DNA of 64,000 bases from Antedon mediterranea (taxonomy: Eukaryota; Animalia; Echinodermata): the NCBI RefSeq assembly GCF_964355755.1, contig NC_092675.1, positions 8,861,812-8,925,811 on the forward strand. The letters are read 5' to 3'. A model generated the notes under the pieces. That model was not told the origin of the DNA, made no database searches, and saw only the letters and a program-made list of their open reading frames with translations. Below, in pieces: positions 23,184 through 37,882 of this stretch. The first letter of the stretch is position 1; each line of letters begins with the position of its first letter. Position numbers and translations under genes: made by a program.

Positions 23184-23539
23184 GTCTACAACCATACCAC
23201 GTTGAAAACACCGGTTCTCGTCCGAACACCGCAGTTAAACAACGTCGGGCCTGGTTAGTACTTGGATGGGAGACCGCCTGGGAATACCTGGTGTCGTAGA
23301 CCTATGTTTAACTTTTTTAAATTATACTAAACAATGTTTATTTTACCTTTCAATTATGTTTTTTGACAGTAACTATAAGATCTTTCTCAGTTATAATCTT
23401 GAACCGCAAGGAACCGAATGTCTACAACCATACCACGTTGAAAACACCGGTTCTCGTCCGAACACCGCAGTTAAACAACGTCGGGCCTGGTTAGTACTTG
23501 GATGGGAGACCGCCTGGGAATACCTGGTGTCGTAGACCT
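23184..23539 (+). rRNA. 2 x 5S rRNA genes (23184, 23420)
   Basis: Full 120-nt copies. Confidence 0.95.
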
Positions 23540-24334
23540 ATGTTTAACTTTTTTAAATTATACTAAATAAAGTTTATTTTACCTTTCAATTATATTTTTA
23601 TGACAGTAACTATAAGATCTTTCTAAGTTATAATCTTGAACCGCAAGTAACCGAATGTCTACAACCGTACCAGGTTGCCTAGCCTGTGAATATCTGTTGT
23701 CGTACACCTGTTTTTATCTTTTTAATAATCCTAAAATATAGTCTCGTTTAAGTGTTTCTATTTTCCAAAAATGTGTTTATACTGTTGATGATAGTATAAG
23801 TAAATAAATTCAAACTGTAACCGCAATTAATCGAAAGTTTTTCAACTAAACTGCATTGAAAACAACGGTTCTCGTCCGATCACTGAAGTTAAACAAGTTG
23901 TTGTTCAAAGACATGTTTGTTGTTGTATGTTGCTGCTGTGGTGACGGTACAAACGTCACTGTACTACGCGGGCGTCCACTTGTGTGCGCGTTTGATTCTT
24001 AGCAACAACGCGGCCTGAATCTTTTGTACATGCCGCTATTGTGTTATGCTTCTTTGTACAGTGTTATTGTTTCCTTTATATTATCTTTTTAAGAACCTCA
24101 GTATAACTTTTTAAATTATACTAAACAAAGTTGAATTTACCTTTCAAGTATGTGTTTCTTCAACAGAAGTGGGTGTAAATACCAACGTCATGGTTTCAGC
24201 AGCTGCTAATTTCAATCCTAGAAAATGTTCTATAATAAATGAACAAAACTATTAGGTTATAGGATATATATGTTTATAGAGATTTTGACAGTGAATATAA
24301 GATGTATATATACTTGAACCGCAAGTAACCGAAC

Positions 24335-25400
24335 GTCTACAACCATACCACGTTGAAAACACCGGTTCTCGTCCGAACACCGCAGTTAAACAACGTCGGG
24401 CCTGGTTAGTACTTGGATGGGAGACCGCCTGGGAATACCTGGTGTCGTAGACCTATGTTTAACTTTTTTAAATTATACTAAACAATGTTTATTTTACCTT
24501 TCAATTATGTTTTTTGACAGTAACTATAAGATCTTTCTAAGTTATAATCTTGAACCGCAAGTAACCGAACGTCTACAACCATACCACGTTGAAAACACCG
24601 GTTCTCCTCCGAACACCACAGTTAAACAACGTCGGGCCTGGTTAGTACTTGGATGGGAGACCGCCTGGGAATACCTGGTGTCGTAGACCTATGTTTAACT
24701 TTTTTAAATTATACTAAACAATGTTTATTTTACCTTTCAATTATGTTTTTTGACAGTAACTATAAGATCTTTCTCAGTTATAATCTTGAACCGCAAGTAA
24801 CCGAATGTCTACAACCATACCACGTTGAAAACACCGGTTCTCGTCCGAACACCGCAGTTAAACAACGTCGGGCCTCGTTAGTACTTGGATGGGAGAACAC
24901 CAGGGAATACCTGGTGTCGTAGACCTATGTTTAACTTTTTTAAATTATACTAAACAATGTTTATTTTACCTTTCAATTATGTTTTTTGACAGTAACTATA
25001 AGATCTTTCTAAGTTATAATCTTGAACCGCAAGTAAACGAACGTCAACAACCATACCACGTTGAAAACACCGGTTCTCGTCCGAACACCGCAGTTAAACA
25101 ACGTCGGGCCTGGTTAGTACTTGGATGGGAGACCGCCTGGGAATACCTGGTGTCGTAGACCTATGTTTAACTTTTTTTAAATTATACTAAACAATGTTTA
25201 TTTTACCTTTCAATTATGTTTTTATGACAGTAACTATAAGATCTTTCTAAGTTATAATCTTGAACCGCAAGTAACCGAACGTCTACAACCATACCACGTT
25301 GAAAACACCGGTTCTCGTCCGAACACCGCAGTTAAACAACGTCGGGCCTGGTTAGTACTTGGATGGGAGACCGCCTGGGAATACCTGGTGTCGTTGACCT
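24335..25400 (+). rRNA. 5 x 5S rRNA genes (24335, 24571, 24807, 25043, 25281)
   Basis: Full 120-nt copies. Confidence 0.95.
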
Positions 25401-26195
25401 ATGTTTAACTTTTTTAAATTATACTAAATAAAGTTTATTTTACCTTTCAATTATATTTTCATGACAGTAACTATAAGATCTTTCTAAGTTATAATCTTGA
25501 ACCGCAAGTAACCGAATGTCTACAACCGTACCAGGTTGCCTAGCCTGTGAATATCTGTTGTCGTACACCTGTTTTTATCTTTTTAATAATCCTAAAATAT
25601 AGTCTCCTTTAAGTGTTTCGATTTTCCAAAAATGTGTTTATACTGTTGATGATAGTATAAGTAAATAAATTCAAACTGTAACCGCAATTAATCGAAAGTT
25701 TTTCAACTAAACTGCATTGAAAACAACGGTTCTCGTCCGATCACTGAAGTTAAACAAGTTGTTGTTCAAAGACATGTTTGTTGTTGTATGTTGCTGCTGT
25801 GGTGACGGTACAAACGTCACTGTACTACGCGGGCGTCCACTTGTGTGCGCGTTTGATTCTTAGCAACAACGCGGCCTGAATCTTTTGTACATGCCGCTAT
25901 TGTGTTATGCTTCTTTGTACAGTGTTATTGTTTCCTTTATATTATCTTTTTAAGAACCTCAGTATAACTTTTTAAATTATACTAAACAAAGTTGAATTTA
26001 CCTTTCAAGTATGTGTTTCTTCAACAGAAGTGGGTGTAAATACCAACGTCATGGTTTCAGCAGCTGCTAATTTCAATCCTAGAAAATGTTCTATAATAAA
26101 TGAACAAAACTATTAGGTTATAGGATATATATGTTTATAGAGATTTTGACAGTGAATATAAGATGTATATATACTTGAACCGCAAGTAACCGAAC

Positions 26196-27261
26196 GTCTA
26201 CAACCATACCACGTTGAAAACACCGGTTCTCGTCCGAACACCGCAGTTAAACAACGTCGGGCCTGGTTAGTACTTGGATGGGAGACCGCCTGGGAATACC
26301 TGGTGTCGTAGACCTATGTTTAACTTTTTTAAATTATACTAAACAATGTTTATTTTACCTTTCAATTATGTTTTTTGACAGTAACTATAAGATCTTTCTA
26401 AGTTATAATCTTGAACCGCAAGTAACCGAACGTCTACAACCATACCACGTTGAAAACACCGGTTCTCCTCCGAACACCACAGTTAAACAACGTCGGGCCT
26501 GGTTAGTACTTGGATGGGAGACCGCCTGGGAATACCTGGTGTCGTAGACCTATGTTTAACTTTTTTAAATTATACTAAACAATGTTTATTTTACCTTTCA
26601 ATTATGTTTTTTGACAGTAACTATAAGATCTTTCTCAGTTATAATCTTGAACCGCAAGTAACCGAATGTCTACAACCATACCACGTTGAAAACACCGGTT
26701 CTCGTCCGAACACCGCAGTTAAACAACGTCGGGCCTCGTTAGTACTTGGATGGGAGAACACCAGGGAATACCTGGTGTCGTAGACCTATGTTTAACTTTT
26801 TTAAATTATACTAAACAATGTTTATTTTACCTTTCAATTATGTTTTTTGACAGTAACTATAAGATCTTTCTAAGTTATAATCTTGAACCGCAAGTAAACG
26901 AACGTCAACAACCTTACCACGTTGAAAACACCGGTTCTCGTCCGAACACCGCAGTTAAACAACGTCGGGCCTGGTTAGTACTTGGATGGGAGACCGCCTG
27001 GGAATACCTGGTGTCGTAGACCTATGTTTAACTTTTTTTAAATTATACTAAACAATGTTTATTTTACCTTTCAATTATGTTTTTATGACAGTAACTATAA
27101 GATCTTTCTAAGTTATAATCTTGAACCGCAAGTAACCGAACGTCTACAACCATACCACGTTGAAAACACCGGTTCTCGTCCGAACACCGCAGTTAAACAA
27201 CGTCGGGCCTGGTTAGTACTTGGATGGGAGACCGCCTGGGAATACCTGGTGTCGTTGACCT
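26196..27261 (+). rRNA. 5 x 5S rRNA genes (26196, 26432, 26668, 26904, 27142); tandem duplicate of the previous 1861-bp unit
   Basis: Same ordered private variants as 24335-25400. Confidence 0.95.
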
Positions 27262-28056
27262 ATGTTTAACTTTTTTAAATTATACTAAATAAAGTTTATT
27301 TTACCTTTCAATTATAATTTCATGACAGTAACTATAAGATCTTTCTAAGTTATAATCTTGAACCGCAAGTAACCGAATGTCTACAACCGTACCAGGTTGC
27401 CTAGCCTGTGAATATCTGTTGTCGTACACCTGTTTTTATCTTTTTAATAATCCTAAAATATAGTCTCCTTTAAGTGTTTCGATTTTCCAAAAATGTGTTT
27501 ATACTGTTGATGATAGTATAAGTAAATAAATTCAAACTGTAACCGCAATTAATCGAAAGTTTTTCAACTAAACTGCATTGAAAACAACGGTTCTCGTCCG
27601 ATCACTGAAGTTAAACAAGTTGTTGTTCAAAGACATGTTTGTTGTTGTATGTTGCTGCTGTGGTGACGGTACAAACGTCACTGTACTACGCGGGCGTCCA
27701 CTTGTGTGCGCGTTTGATTCTTAGCAACAACGCGGCCTGAATCTTTTGTACATGCCGCTATTGTGTTATGCTTCTTTGTACAGTGTTATTGTTTCCTTTA
27801 TATTATCTTTTTAAGAACCTCAGTATAACTTTTTAAATTATACTAAACAAAGTTGAATTTACCTTTCAAGTATGTGTTTCTTCAACAGAAGTGGGTGTAA
27901 ATACCAACGTCATGGTTTCAGCAGCTGCTAATTTCAATCCTAGAAAATGTTCTATAATAAATGAACAAAACTATTAGGTTATAGGATATATATGTTTATA
28001 GAGATTTTGACAGTGAATATAAGATGTATATATACTTGAACCGCAAGTAACCGAAC

Positions 28057-28176
28057 GTCTACAACCATACCACGTTGAAAACACCGGTTCTCGTCCGAAC
28101 ACCGCAGTTAAACAACGTCGGGCCTGGTTAGTACTTGGATGGGAGACCGCCTGGGAATACCTGGTGTCGTAGACCT
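28057..28176 (+). rRNA. 5S rRNA gene (single-gene cluster)
   Basis: Full 120-nt copy. Confidence 0.95.
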
Positions 28177-28292
28177 ATGTTTAACTTTTTTAAATTATAC
28201 TAAACAATGTTTATTTTACCTTTCAATTATGTTTTTTGACAGTAACTATAAGATCTTTCTAAGTTATAATCTTGAACCGCAAGTAACCGAAC

Positions 28293-28351
28293 GTCTACAA
28301 CCATACCACGTTGAAAACAACGGTTCTCGTCCGATCACTGAAGTTAAACAA
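28293..28351 (+). pseudogene. Recombinant 5S: intact-gene 5' end joined to the 5' half pseudogene
   Basis: GTCTACAACCATACCACGTTGAAAACA|ACGGTTCTCGTCCGATCACTGAAGTTAAACAA, then the foreign segment. Confidence 0.9.
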
Positions 28352-28790
28352 GTTGTTGTTCAAAGACATGTTTGTTGTTGTATGTTGCTGCTGTGGTGAC
28401 GGTACCAACGTCACTGTACTACGCGGGCGTCCACTTGTGTGCGCGTTTGATTCTTAGCAACAAAGCGGCCTGAATCTTTTGTACATGCCGCTAATGTGTT
28501 ATGCTTCATTGTACAGTGTTATTGTTTCCTTTATATTATCTTTTTAAGAACCTCAGAATAACTTTTTAAATTATACTAAACAAAGTTGAATTTACCTTTC
28601 AAGTATGTGTTTCTTCAACAGAAGTGGGTGTAAATATCAACGTCATGGTTTCAGCAGCTGCTAATTTCAATCCTAGAAAATGTTCTATAATAAATGAACA
28701 AAAGTATTAGGTTATAGGATATATGTGTTTATAGAGATTTTGAGAGTGAATATAAGATTTATATATACTTTGAACCGCAAGTAAACGAAC

Positions 28791-29147
28791 GTCTACAACC
28801 ATACCATGTTGAAAACACCGGTTCTCGTCCGAACACCGCAGTTAAACAACGTCGGGCCTGGTTAGTACTTGGATGGGAGACCGCCTGGGAATACCTGGTG
28901 TCGTAGACCTATGTTTAACTTTTTTAAATTATACTAAACAATGTTTATTTTACCTTTCAATTATGTTTTTATGACAGTAACTATAAGATCTTTCTCAGTT
29001 ATAATCTTGAACCGCAAGTAACCGAATGTCTACAACCATACCACGTTGAAAACACCGGTTCTCGTCCGAACACCGCAGTTAAACAACGTCGGGCCTGGTT
29101 AGTACTTGGATGGAAGACCGCCTGGGAATACCTGGTGTCGTAGACCT
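28791..29147 (+). rRNA. 2 x 5S rRNA genes (28791, 29028)
   Basis: Full 120-nt copies. Confidence 0.95.
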
Positions 29148-29941
29148 ATGTTTAACTTTTTTAAATTATACTAAACAATGTTTATTTTACCTTTCAATTA
29201 TGTTTTTTGACAGTAACTATAAGATCTTTCTAAGTTATAATCTTGAACCGCAAGTAACCGAATGTCTACAACCGTACCAGGTTGCCTAGCCTGTGAATAT
29301 CTGTTGTCGTACACCTGTTTTTATCTTTTTAATAATCCTAAAATATAGTCTCGTTTAAGTGTTTCTATTTTCCAAAAATGTGTTTATACTGTTGATGATA
29401 GTATAAGTAAATAAATTCAAACTGTAACCGCAATTAATCGAAAGTTTTTCAACTAAACTGCATTGAAAACAACGGTTCTCGTCCGATCACTGAAGTTAAA
29501 CAAGTTGTTGTTCAAAGACATGTTTGTTGTTGTATGTTGCTGCTGTGGTGACAGTACAAACGTCACTGTACTACGCGGGCGTCCACTTGTGTGCGCGTTT
29601 GATTCTTAGCAACAACGCGGCCTGAATCTTTTGTACATGCCGCTATTGTGTTATGCTTCTTTGTACAGTGTTATTGTTTCCTTTATATTATCTTTTTAAG
29701 AACCTCAGTATAACTTTTTAAATTATACTAAACAAAGTTGAATTTACCTTTCAAGTATGTGTTTCTTCAACAGAAGTGGGTGTAAATACCAACGTCATGG
29801 TTTCAGCAGCTGCTAATTTCAATCCTAGAAAATGTTCTATAATAAATGAACAAAACTATTAGGTTATAGGATATATATGTTTATAGAGATTTTGACAGTG
29901 AATATAAGATGTATATATACTTGAACCGCAAGTAACCGAGC

Positions 29942-31006
29942 GTCTACAACCATACCACGTTGAAAACACCGGTTCTCGTCCGAACACCGCAGTTAAACAA
30001 CGTCGGGCCTGGTTAGTACTTGGATGGGAGACCGCCTGGGAATACCTGGTGTCGTAGACCTATGTTTAACTTTTTTAAATTATACTAAACAATGTTTATT
30101 TTACCTTTCAATTATGTTTTTTGACAGTAACTATAAGATCTTTCTAAGTTATAATCTTGAACCGACAGTAACCGAACGTCTACAACCATACCACGTTGAA
30201 AACACCGGTTCTCCTCCGAACACCGCAGTTAAACAACGTCGGGCCTGGTTAGTACTTGGATGGGAGACCGCCTGGGAATACCTGGTGCCGTAGACCTATG
30301 TTTAACTTTTTTAAATTATACTAAACAATGTTTATTTTACCTTTCAATTATGTTTTTGGACAGTAACTATAAGATCTTTCTCAGTTATAATCTTGAACCG
30401 CAAGTAACCGAATGTCTACAACCATACCACGTTGAAAACACCGGTTCTCGTCCGAACACCGCAGTTAAACAACGTCGGGCCTCGTTAGTACTTGGATGGG
30501 AGAACACCAGGGAATACCTGGTGTCGTAGACCTATGTTTAACTTTTTTAAATTATACTAAACAATGTTTATTTTACCTTTCAATTATGTTTTTTGACAGT
30601 AACTATAAGATCTTTCTAAGTTATAATCTTGAACCGCAAGTAACAGAACGTCTACAACCATACCACGTTGAAAACACCGGTTCTCCTCCGAACACCGCAG
30701 TTAAACAACGTCGGGCTTGGTTAGTACTTGGATGGGAGACCGCCTGGGAATACCTGGAGTCGTAGACCTATGTTTAACTTTTTTAAATTATACTAAACAA
30801 AGTTTATTTTACCTTTCAATTATGTTTTTATGACAGTAACTATAAGATCTTTCTCAGTTATAATCTTGAACCGCAAGTAAACGAACGTCTACAACCATAC
30901 CACGTTGAAAACACCGGTTCTCGTCCGAACACCGCAGTTAAACAACGTCGGGCCTGGTTAGTACTTGGATGGGAGACCGCCTGGGAATACCTGGTGTCGT
31001 AGACCT
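29942..31006 (+). rRNA. 5 x 5S rRNA genes (29942, 30178, 30414, 30650, 30887)
   Basis: Full 120-nt copies. Confidence 0.95.
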
Positions 31007-31802
31007 ATGTTTAACTTTTTTAAATTATACTAAATAAAGTTTATTTTACCTTTCAATTATATTTTCATGACAGTAACTATAAGATCTTTCTAAGTTATAA
31101 TCTTGAACCGCAAGTAACCGAATGTCTACAACCGTACCAGGTTGCCTAGCCTGTGAATATCTGTTGTCGTACACCTGTTTTTATCTTTTTAATAATCCTA
31201 AAATATAGTCTCCTTTAAGTGTTTCGATTTTCCAAAAATGTGTTTATACTGTTGATGATAGTATAAGTAAATAAATTCAAACTGTAACCGCAATTAATCG
31301 AAAGTTTTTCAACTAAACTGCATTGAAAACAACGGTTCTCGTCCGATCACTGAAGTTAAACAAGTTGTTGTTCAAAGACATGTTTGTTGTTGTATGTTGC
31401 TGCTGTGGTGACGGTACAAACGTCACTGTACTACGCGGGCGTCCACTTGTGTGCGCGTTTGATTCTTAGCAACAAAGCGGCCTGAATCTTTTGTACATGC
31501 CGCTAATGTGTTATGCTTCATTGTACAGTGTTATTGTTTCCTTTATATTATCTTTTTAAGAACCTCAGTATAACTTTTTAAATTATACTAAACAAAGTTG
31601 AATTTACCTTTCAAGTATGTGTTTCTTCAACAGAAGTGGGTGTAAATATCAACGTCATGGTTTCAGCAGCTGCTAATTTCAATCCTAGAAAATGTTCTAT
31701 AATAAATGAACAAAAGTATTAGGTTATAGGATATATGTGTTTATAGAGATTTTGACAGTGAATATAAGATTTATATATACTTTGAACCGCAAGTAACCGA
31801 AC

Positions 31803-32159
31803 GTCTACAACCATACCACGTTGAAAACACCGGTTCTCGTCCAAACACCGCAGTTAAACAACGTCGGGCCTGGTTAGTACTTGGATGGGAGACCGCCTGG
31901 GAATACCTGGTGTCGTAGACCTATGTTTAACTTTTTTAAATTATACTAAACAATGTTTATTTTACCTTTCAATTATGTTTTTATGACAGTAACTATAAGA
32001 TCTTTCTAAGTTATAATCTTGAACCGAAAGTAACCGAACGTCTACAACCATACCACGTTGAAAACACCGGTTCTCGTCCGAACACCGCAGTTAAACAACG
32101 TCGGGCCTGGTTAGTACTTGGATGGGAGACCGCCTGGGAATACCTGGTGTCGTAGACCT
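31803..32159 (+). rRNA. 2 x 5S rRNA genes (31803, 32040)
   Basis: Full 120-nt copies. Confidence 0.95.
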
Positions 32160-32954
32160 ATGTTTAACTTTTTTAAATTATACTAAATAAAGTTTATTTT
32201 ACCTTTCAATTATATTTTCAAGACAGTAACTATAAGATCTTTCTAAGTTCTAATCTTGAACCGCAAGTAACCGAATGTCTACAACCGTACCAGGTTGCCT
32301 AGCCTGTGAATATCTGTTGTCGTACACCTGTTTTTATCTTTTTAATAATCCTAAAATATAGTCTCCTTTAAGTGTTTCGATTTTCCAAAAATGTGTTTAT
32401 ACTGTTGATGATAGTATAAGTAAATAAATTCAAACTTTAACCGCAATTAATCGAAAGTTTTTCAACTAAACTGCATTGAAAACAACGGTTCTCGTCCGAT
32501 CACTGAAGTTAAACAAGTTGTTGTTCAAAGACATGTTTGTTGTTGTATGTTGCTGCTGTGGTGACGGTACAAACGTCACTGTACTACGCGGGCGTCCACT
32601 TGTGTGCGCGTTTGATTCTTAGCAACAAAGCGGCCTGAATCTTTTGTACATGCCGCTAATGTGTTATGCTTCATTGTACAGTGTTATTGTTTCCTTTATA
32701 TTATCTTTTTAAGAACCTCAGTATAACTTTTTAAATTATACTAAACAAAGTTGAATTTACCTTTCAAGTATGTGTTTCTTAAACAGAAGTGGGTGTAAAT
32801 ACCAACGTCATGGTTTCAGCAGCTGCTAATTTCAATCCTAGAAAATGTTCTATAATAAATGAACAAAACTATTAGGTTATAGGATATATATGTTTATAGA
32901 GATTTTGACAGTGAATATAAGATGTATATATACTTGAACCGCAAGTAACCGAGC

Positions 32955-34019
32955 GTCTACAACCATACCACGTTGAAAACACCGGTTCTCGTCCGAACAC
33001 CGCAGTTAAACAACGTCGGGCCTGGTTAGTACTTGGATGGGAGACCGCCTGGGAATACCTGGTGTCGTAGACCTATGTTTAACTTTTTTAAATTATACTA
33101 AACAATGTTTATTTTACCTTTCAATTATGTTTTTTGACAGTAACTATAAGATCTTTCTAAGTTATAATCTTGAACCGACAGTAACCGAACGTCTACAACC
33201 ATACCACGTTGAAAACACCGGTTCTCCTCCGAACACCGCAGTTAAACAACGTCGGGCCTGGTTAGTACTTGGATGGGAGACCGCCTGGGAATACCTGGTG
33301 TCGTAGACCTATGTTTAACTTTTTTAAATTATACTAAACAATGTTTATTTTACCTTTCAATTATGTTTTTGGACAGTAACTATAAGATCTTTCTCAGTTA
33401 TAATCTTGAACCGCAAGTAACCGAATGTCTACAACCATACCACGTTGAAAACACCGGTTCTCGTCCGAACACCGCAGTTAAACAACGTCGGGCCTCGTTA
33501 GTACTTGGATGGGAGAACACCTGGGAATACCTGGTGTCGTAGACCTATGTTTAACTTTTTTAAATTATACTAAACAATGTTTATTTTACCTTTCAATTAT
33601 GTTTTTTGACAGTAACTATAAGATCTTTCTCAGTTATAATCTTGAACCGCAAGTAACCGAATGTCTACAACCATACCACGTTGAAAACACCGGTTCTCGT
33701 CCGAACACCGCAGTTAAACAACGTCGGGCCTGGTTAGTACTTGGATGGGAGACCGCCTGGGAATACCTGGTGTCGTAGACCTATGTTTAACTTTTTTAAA
33801 TTATACTAAATAAAGTTTATTTTACCTTTCAATTATATTTTTATGACAGTAACTATAAAATCTTTCTAAGTTATAATCTTGAACCGCAAGTAACCGAACG
33901 TCTACAACCATACCACGTTGAAAACACCGGTTCTCCTCCGAACACCGCAGTTAAACAACGTCGGGCCTGGTTAGTACTTGGATGGGAGACCGCCTGGGAA
34001 TACCTGGTGTCGTAGACCT
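32955..34019 (+). rRNA. 5 x 5S rRNA genes (32955, 33191, 33427, 33663, 33900)
   Basis: Full 120-nt copies. Confidence 0.95.
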
Positions 34020-34752
34020 ATGTTTAACTTTTTTAAATTATACTAAATAAAGTTTATTTTACCTTTCAATTATATTTTTCAGACAGTAACTATAAGATCT
34101 TTCTAAGTTATAATCTTGAACCGCAAGTAACCGAATGTCTACAACCGTACCAGGTTGCCTAGCCTGTGAATATCTGTTGTCGTACACCTGTTTTTATCTT
34201 TTTAATAATCCTAAAATATAGTCTCGTTTAAGTGTTTCGATTTTCCAAAAATGTGTTTATACTGTTGATGATAGTATAAGTAAATAAATTCAAACTGTAA
34301 CCGCAATTAATCGAAAGTTTTTCAACTAAACTGCATTGAAAACAACGGTTCTCGTCCGATCACTGAAGTTAAACAAGTTGTTGTTCAAAGACATGTTTGT
34401 TGTTGTATGTTGCTGCTGTGGTGACGGTACAAACGTCACTGTACTACGCGGGCGTCCACTTGTGTGCGCGTTTGATTCTTAGCAACAAAGCGGCCTGAAT
34501 CTTTTGTACATGCCGCTAATGTGTTATGCTTCATTGTACAGTGTTATTGTTTCCTTTATATTATCTTTTTAAGAACCTCAGTATAACTTTTTAAATTATA
34601 CTAAACAAAGTTGAATTTACCTTTCAAGTATGTGTTTCTTCAACAGAAGTGGGTGTAAATATCAACGTCATGGTTTCAGCAGCTGCTAATTTCAATCCTA
34701 GAAAATGTTCTATAATAAATGAACAAAAGTATTAGGTTATAAGTAACCGAAC

Positions 34753-35108
34753 GTCTACAACCATACCATGTTGAAAACACCGGTTCTCGTCCGAACACCG
34801 CAGTTAAACAACGTCGGGCCTCGTTAGTACTTGGATGGGAGACCGCCTGGGAATACCTGGTGTCGTAGACCTACGTTTAACTTTTTTAAATTATACTAAA
34901 CAATGTTTATTTTACCTTTCAATTATGTTTTTTGACAGTAACTATAAGATCTTTCTAAGTTATAATCTTGAACCGCAAGTAACCGAACGTCTACAACCAT
35001 ACCACGTTGAAAACACCGGTTCTCGTCCGAACACCGCAGTTAAACAACGTCGGGCCTGGTTAGTACTTGGATGGGAGACCGCCTGGGAATACCTGGTGTC
35101 GTAGACCT
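34753..35108 (+). rRNA. 2 x 5S rRNA genes (34753 with upstream deletion, 34989)
   Basis: Full 120-nt copies. Confidence 0.95.
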
Positions 35109-35902
35109 ATGTTTAACTTTTTTAAATTATACTAAACAATGTTTATTTTACCTTTCAATTATGTTTTTTGACAGTAACTATAAGATCTTTCTCAGTTATA
35201 ATCTTGAACCGCAAGTAACCGAATGTCTACAACCGTACCAGGTTGCCTAGCCTGTGAATATCTGTTGTCGTACACCTGTTTTTATCTTTTTAATAATCCT
35301 AAAATATAGTCTCGTTTAAGTGTTTCTATTTTCCAAAAATGTGTTTATACTGTTGATGATAGTATAAGTAAATAAATTCAAACTGTAACCGCAATTAATC
35401 GAAAGTTTTTCAACTAAACTGCATTGAAAACAACGGTTCTCGTCCGATCACTGAAGTTAAACAAGTTGTTGTTCAAAGACATGTTTGTTGTTGTATGTTG
35501 CTGCTGTGGTGACGGTACAAACGTCACTGTACTACGCGGGCGTCCACTTGTGTGCGCGTTTGATTCTTAGCAACAACGCGGCCTGAATCTTTTGTACATG
35601 CCGCTATTGTGTTATGCTTCTTTGTACAGTGTTATTGTTTCCTTTATATTATCTTTTTAAGAACCTCAGTATAACTTTTTAAATTATACTAAACAAAGTT
35701 GAATTTACCTTTCAAGTATGTGTTTCTTCAACAGAAGTGGGTGTAAATACCAACGTCATGGTTTCAGCAGCTGCTAATTTTAATCCTAGAAAATGTTCTA
35801 TAATAAATGAACAAAACTATTAGGTTATAGGATATATATATTTATAGAGATTTTGACAGTGAATATAAGATGTATATATACTTGAACCGCAAGTAACCGA
35901 AC

Positions 35903-36258
35903 GTCTACAACCATACCACGTTGAAAACACCGGTTCTCGTCCGAACACCGCAGTTAAACAACGTCGGGCCTGGTTAGTACTTGGATGGGAGACCGCCTGG
36001 GAATACCTGGTGTCGTAGACCTATGTTTAACTTTTTTAAATTATACTAAACAATGTTTATTTTACCTTTCAATTATGTTTTTTGACAGTAACTATAAGAT
36101 CTTTCTCAGTTATAATCTTGAACCGCAAGGAACCGAATGTCTACAACCATACCACGTTGAAAACACCGGTTCTCGTCCGAACACCGCAGTTAAACAATGT
36201 CGGGCCTGGTTAGTACTTGGATGGGAGACCGCCTGGGAATACCTGGTGTCGTAGACCT
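35903..36258 (+). rRNA. 2 x 5S rRNA genes (35903, 36139)
   Basis: Full 120-nt copies. Confidence 0.95.
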
Positions 36259-37053
36259 ATGTTTAACTTTTTTAAATTATACTAAATAAAGTTTATTTTA
36301 CCTTTCAATTATATTTTTATGACAGTAACTATAAGATCTTTCTAAGTTATAATCTTGAACCGCAAGTAACCGAATGTCTACAACCGTACCAGGTTGCCTA
36401 GCCTGTGAATATCTGTTGTCGTACACCTGTTTTTATCTTTTTAATAATCCTAAAATATAGTCTCGTTTAAGTGTTTCGATTTTCCAAAAATGTGTTTATA
36501 CTGTTGATGATAGTATAAGTAAATAAATTCAAACTGTAACCGCAATTAATCGAAAGTTTTTCAACTAAACTGCATTGAAAACAACTGTTCTCGTCCGATC
36601 ACTGAAGTTAAACAAGTTGTTGTTCAAAGACATGTTTGTTGTTGTATGTTGCTGCTGTGGTGACGGTACAAACGTCACTGTACTACGCGGGCGTCCACTT
36701 GTGTGCGCGTTTGATTCTTAGCAACAAAGCGGCCTCAATCTTTTGTACATGCCGCTATTGTGTTATGCTTCTTTGTACAGTGTTATTATTTCCTTTATAT
36801 TATCTTTTTAAGAACCTCAGTATAACTTTTTAAATTATACTAAACAAAGTTGAATTTACCTTTCAAGTATGTGTTTCTTCAACAGAAGTGGGTGTAAATA
36901 CCAACGTCATGGTTTCAGCAGCTGCTAATTTCAATCCTAGAAAATGTTCTATAATAAATGAACAAAACTATTAGGTTATAGGATATATGTGTTTATAGAG
37001 ATTTTGACAGTGAATATAAGATTTATATATACTTGAACCGCAAGTAACCGAAC

Positions 37054-37882
37054 GTCTACAACCATACCATGTTGAAAACACCGGTTCTCGTCCGAACACC
37101 GCAGTTAAACAACGTCGGGCCTCGTTAGTACTTGGATGGGAGACCGCCTGGGAATACCTGGTGTCGTAGACCTATGTTTAACTTTTTTAAATTATACTAA
37201 ACAAAGTTTATTTTACCTTTCAATTATGTTTTTATGACAGTAACTATAAGATCTTTCTAAGTTATAATCTTGAACCGCAAGTAACCGAACGTCTACAACC
37301 ATACCACGTTGAAAACACCGGTTCTCCTCCGAACACCGCAGTTAAACAACGTCGGGCCTGGTTAGTACTTGGATGGGAGACCGCCTGGGAATACCTGGTG
37401 TCGTAGACCTATGTTTAACTTTTTTAAATTATACTAAACAATGTTTATTTTACCTTTCAATTATGTTTTTTGACAGTAACTATAAGATCTTTCTAAGTTA
37501 TAATCTTGAACCGCAAGTAACCGAACGTCTACAACCATACCACGTTGAAAACACCGGTTCTCGTCCGAACACCGCAGTTAAACAACGTCGGGCCTGGTTA
37601 GTACTTGGATGGGAGACCGCCTGGGAATACCTGGTGTCGTAGACCTATGTTTAACTTTTTTAAATTATACTAAACAATGTTTATTTTACCTTTCAATTAT
37701 GTTTTTTGACAGTAACTATAAGATCTTTCTCAGTTATAATCTTGAACCGCAAGGAACCGAATGTCTACAACCATACCACGTTGAAAACACCGGTTCTCGT
37801 CCGAACACCGCAGTTAAACAACGTCGGGCCTGGTTAGTACTTGGATGGGAGACCGCCTGGGAATACCTGGTGTCGTAGACCT
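37054..37882 (+). rRNA. 4 x 5S rRNA genes (37054, 37291, 37527, 37763)
   Basis: Full 120-nt copies. Confidence 0.95.

Noticed and set aside
36636-36833. 65-aa ORF across the foreign segment (also the 61-aa minus ORF at 42087-42272 and the 86-aa ORF at 28139)
   Set aside because: Each is open in a single copy only, through a private stop-codon mutation or a recombination junction; sister copies are closed.
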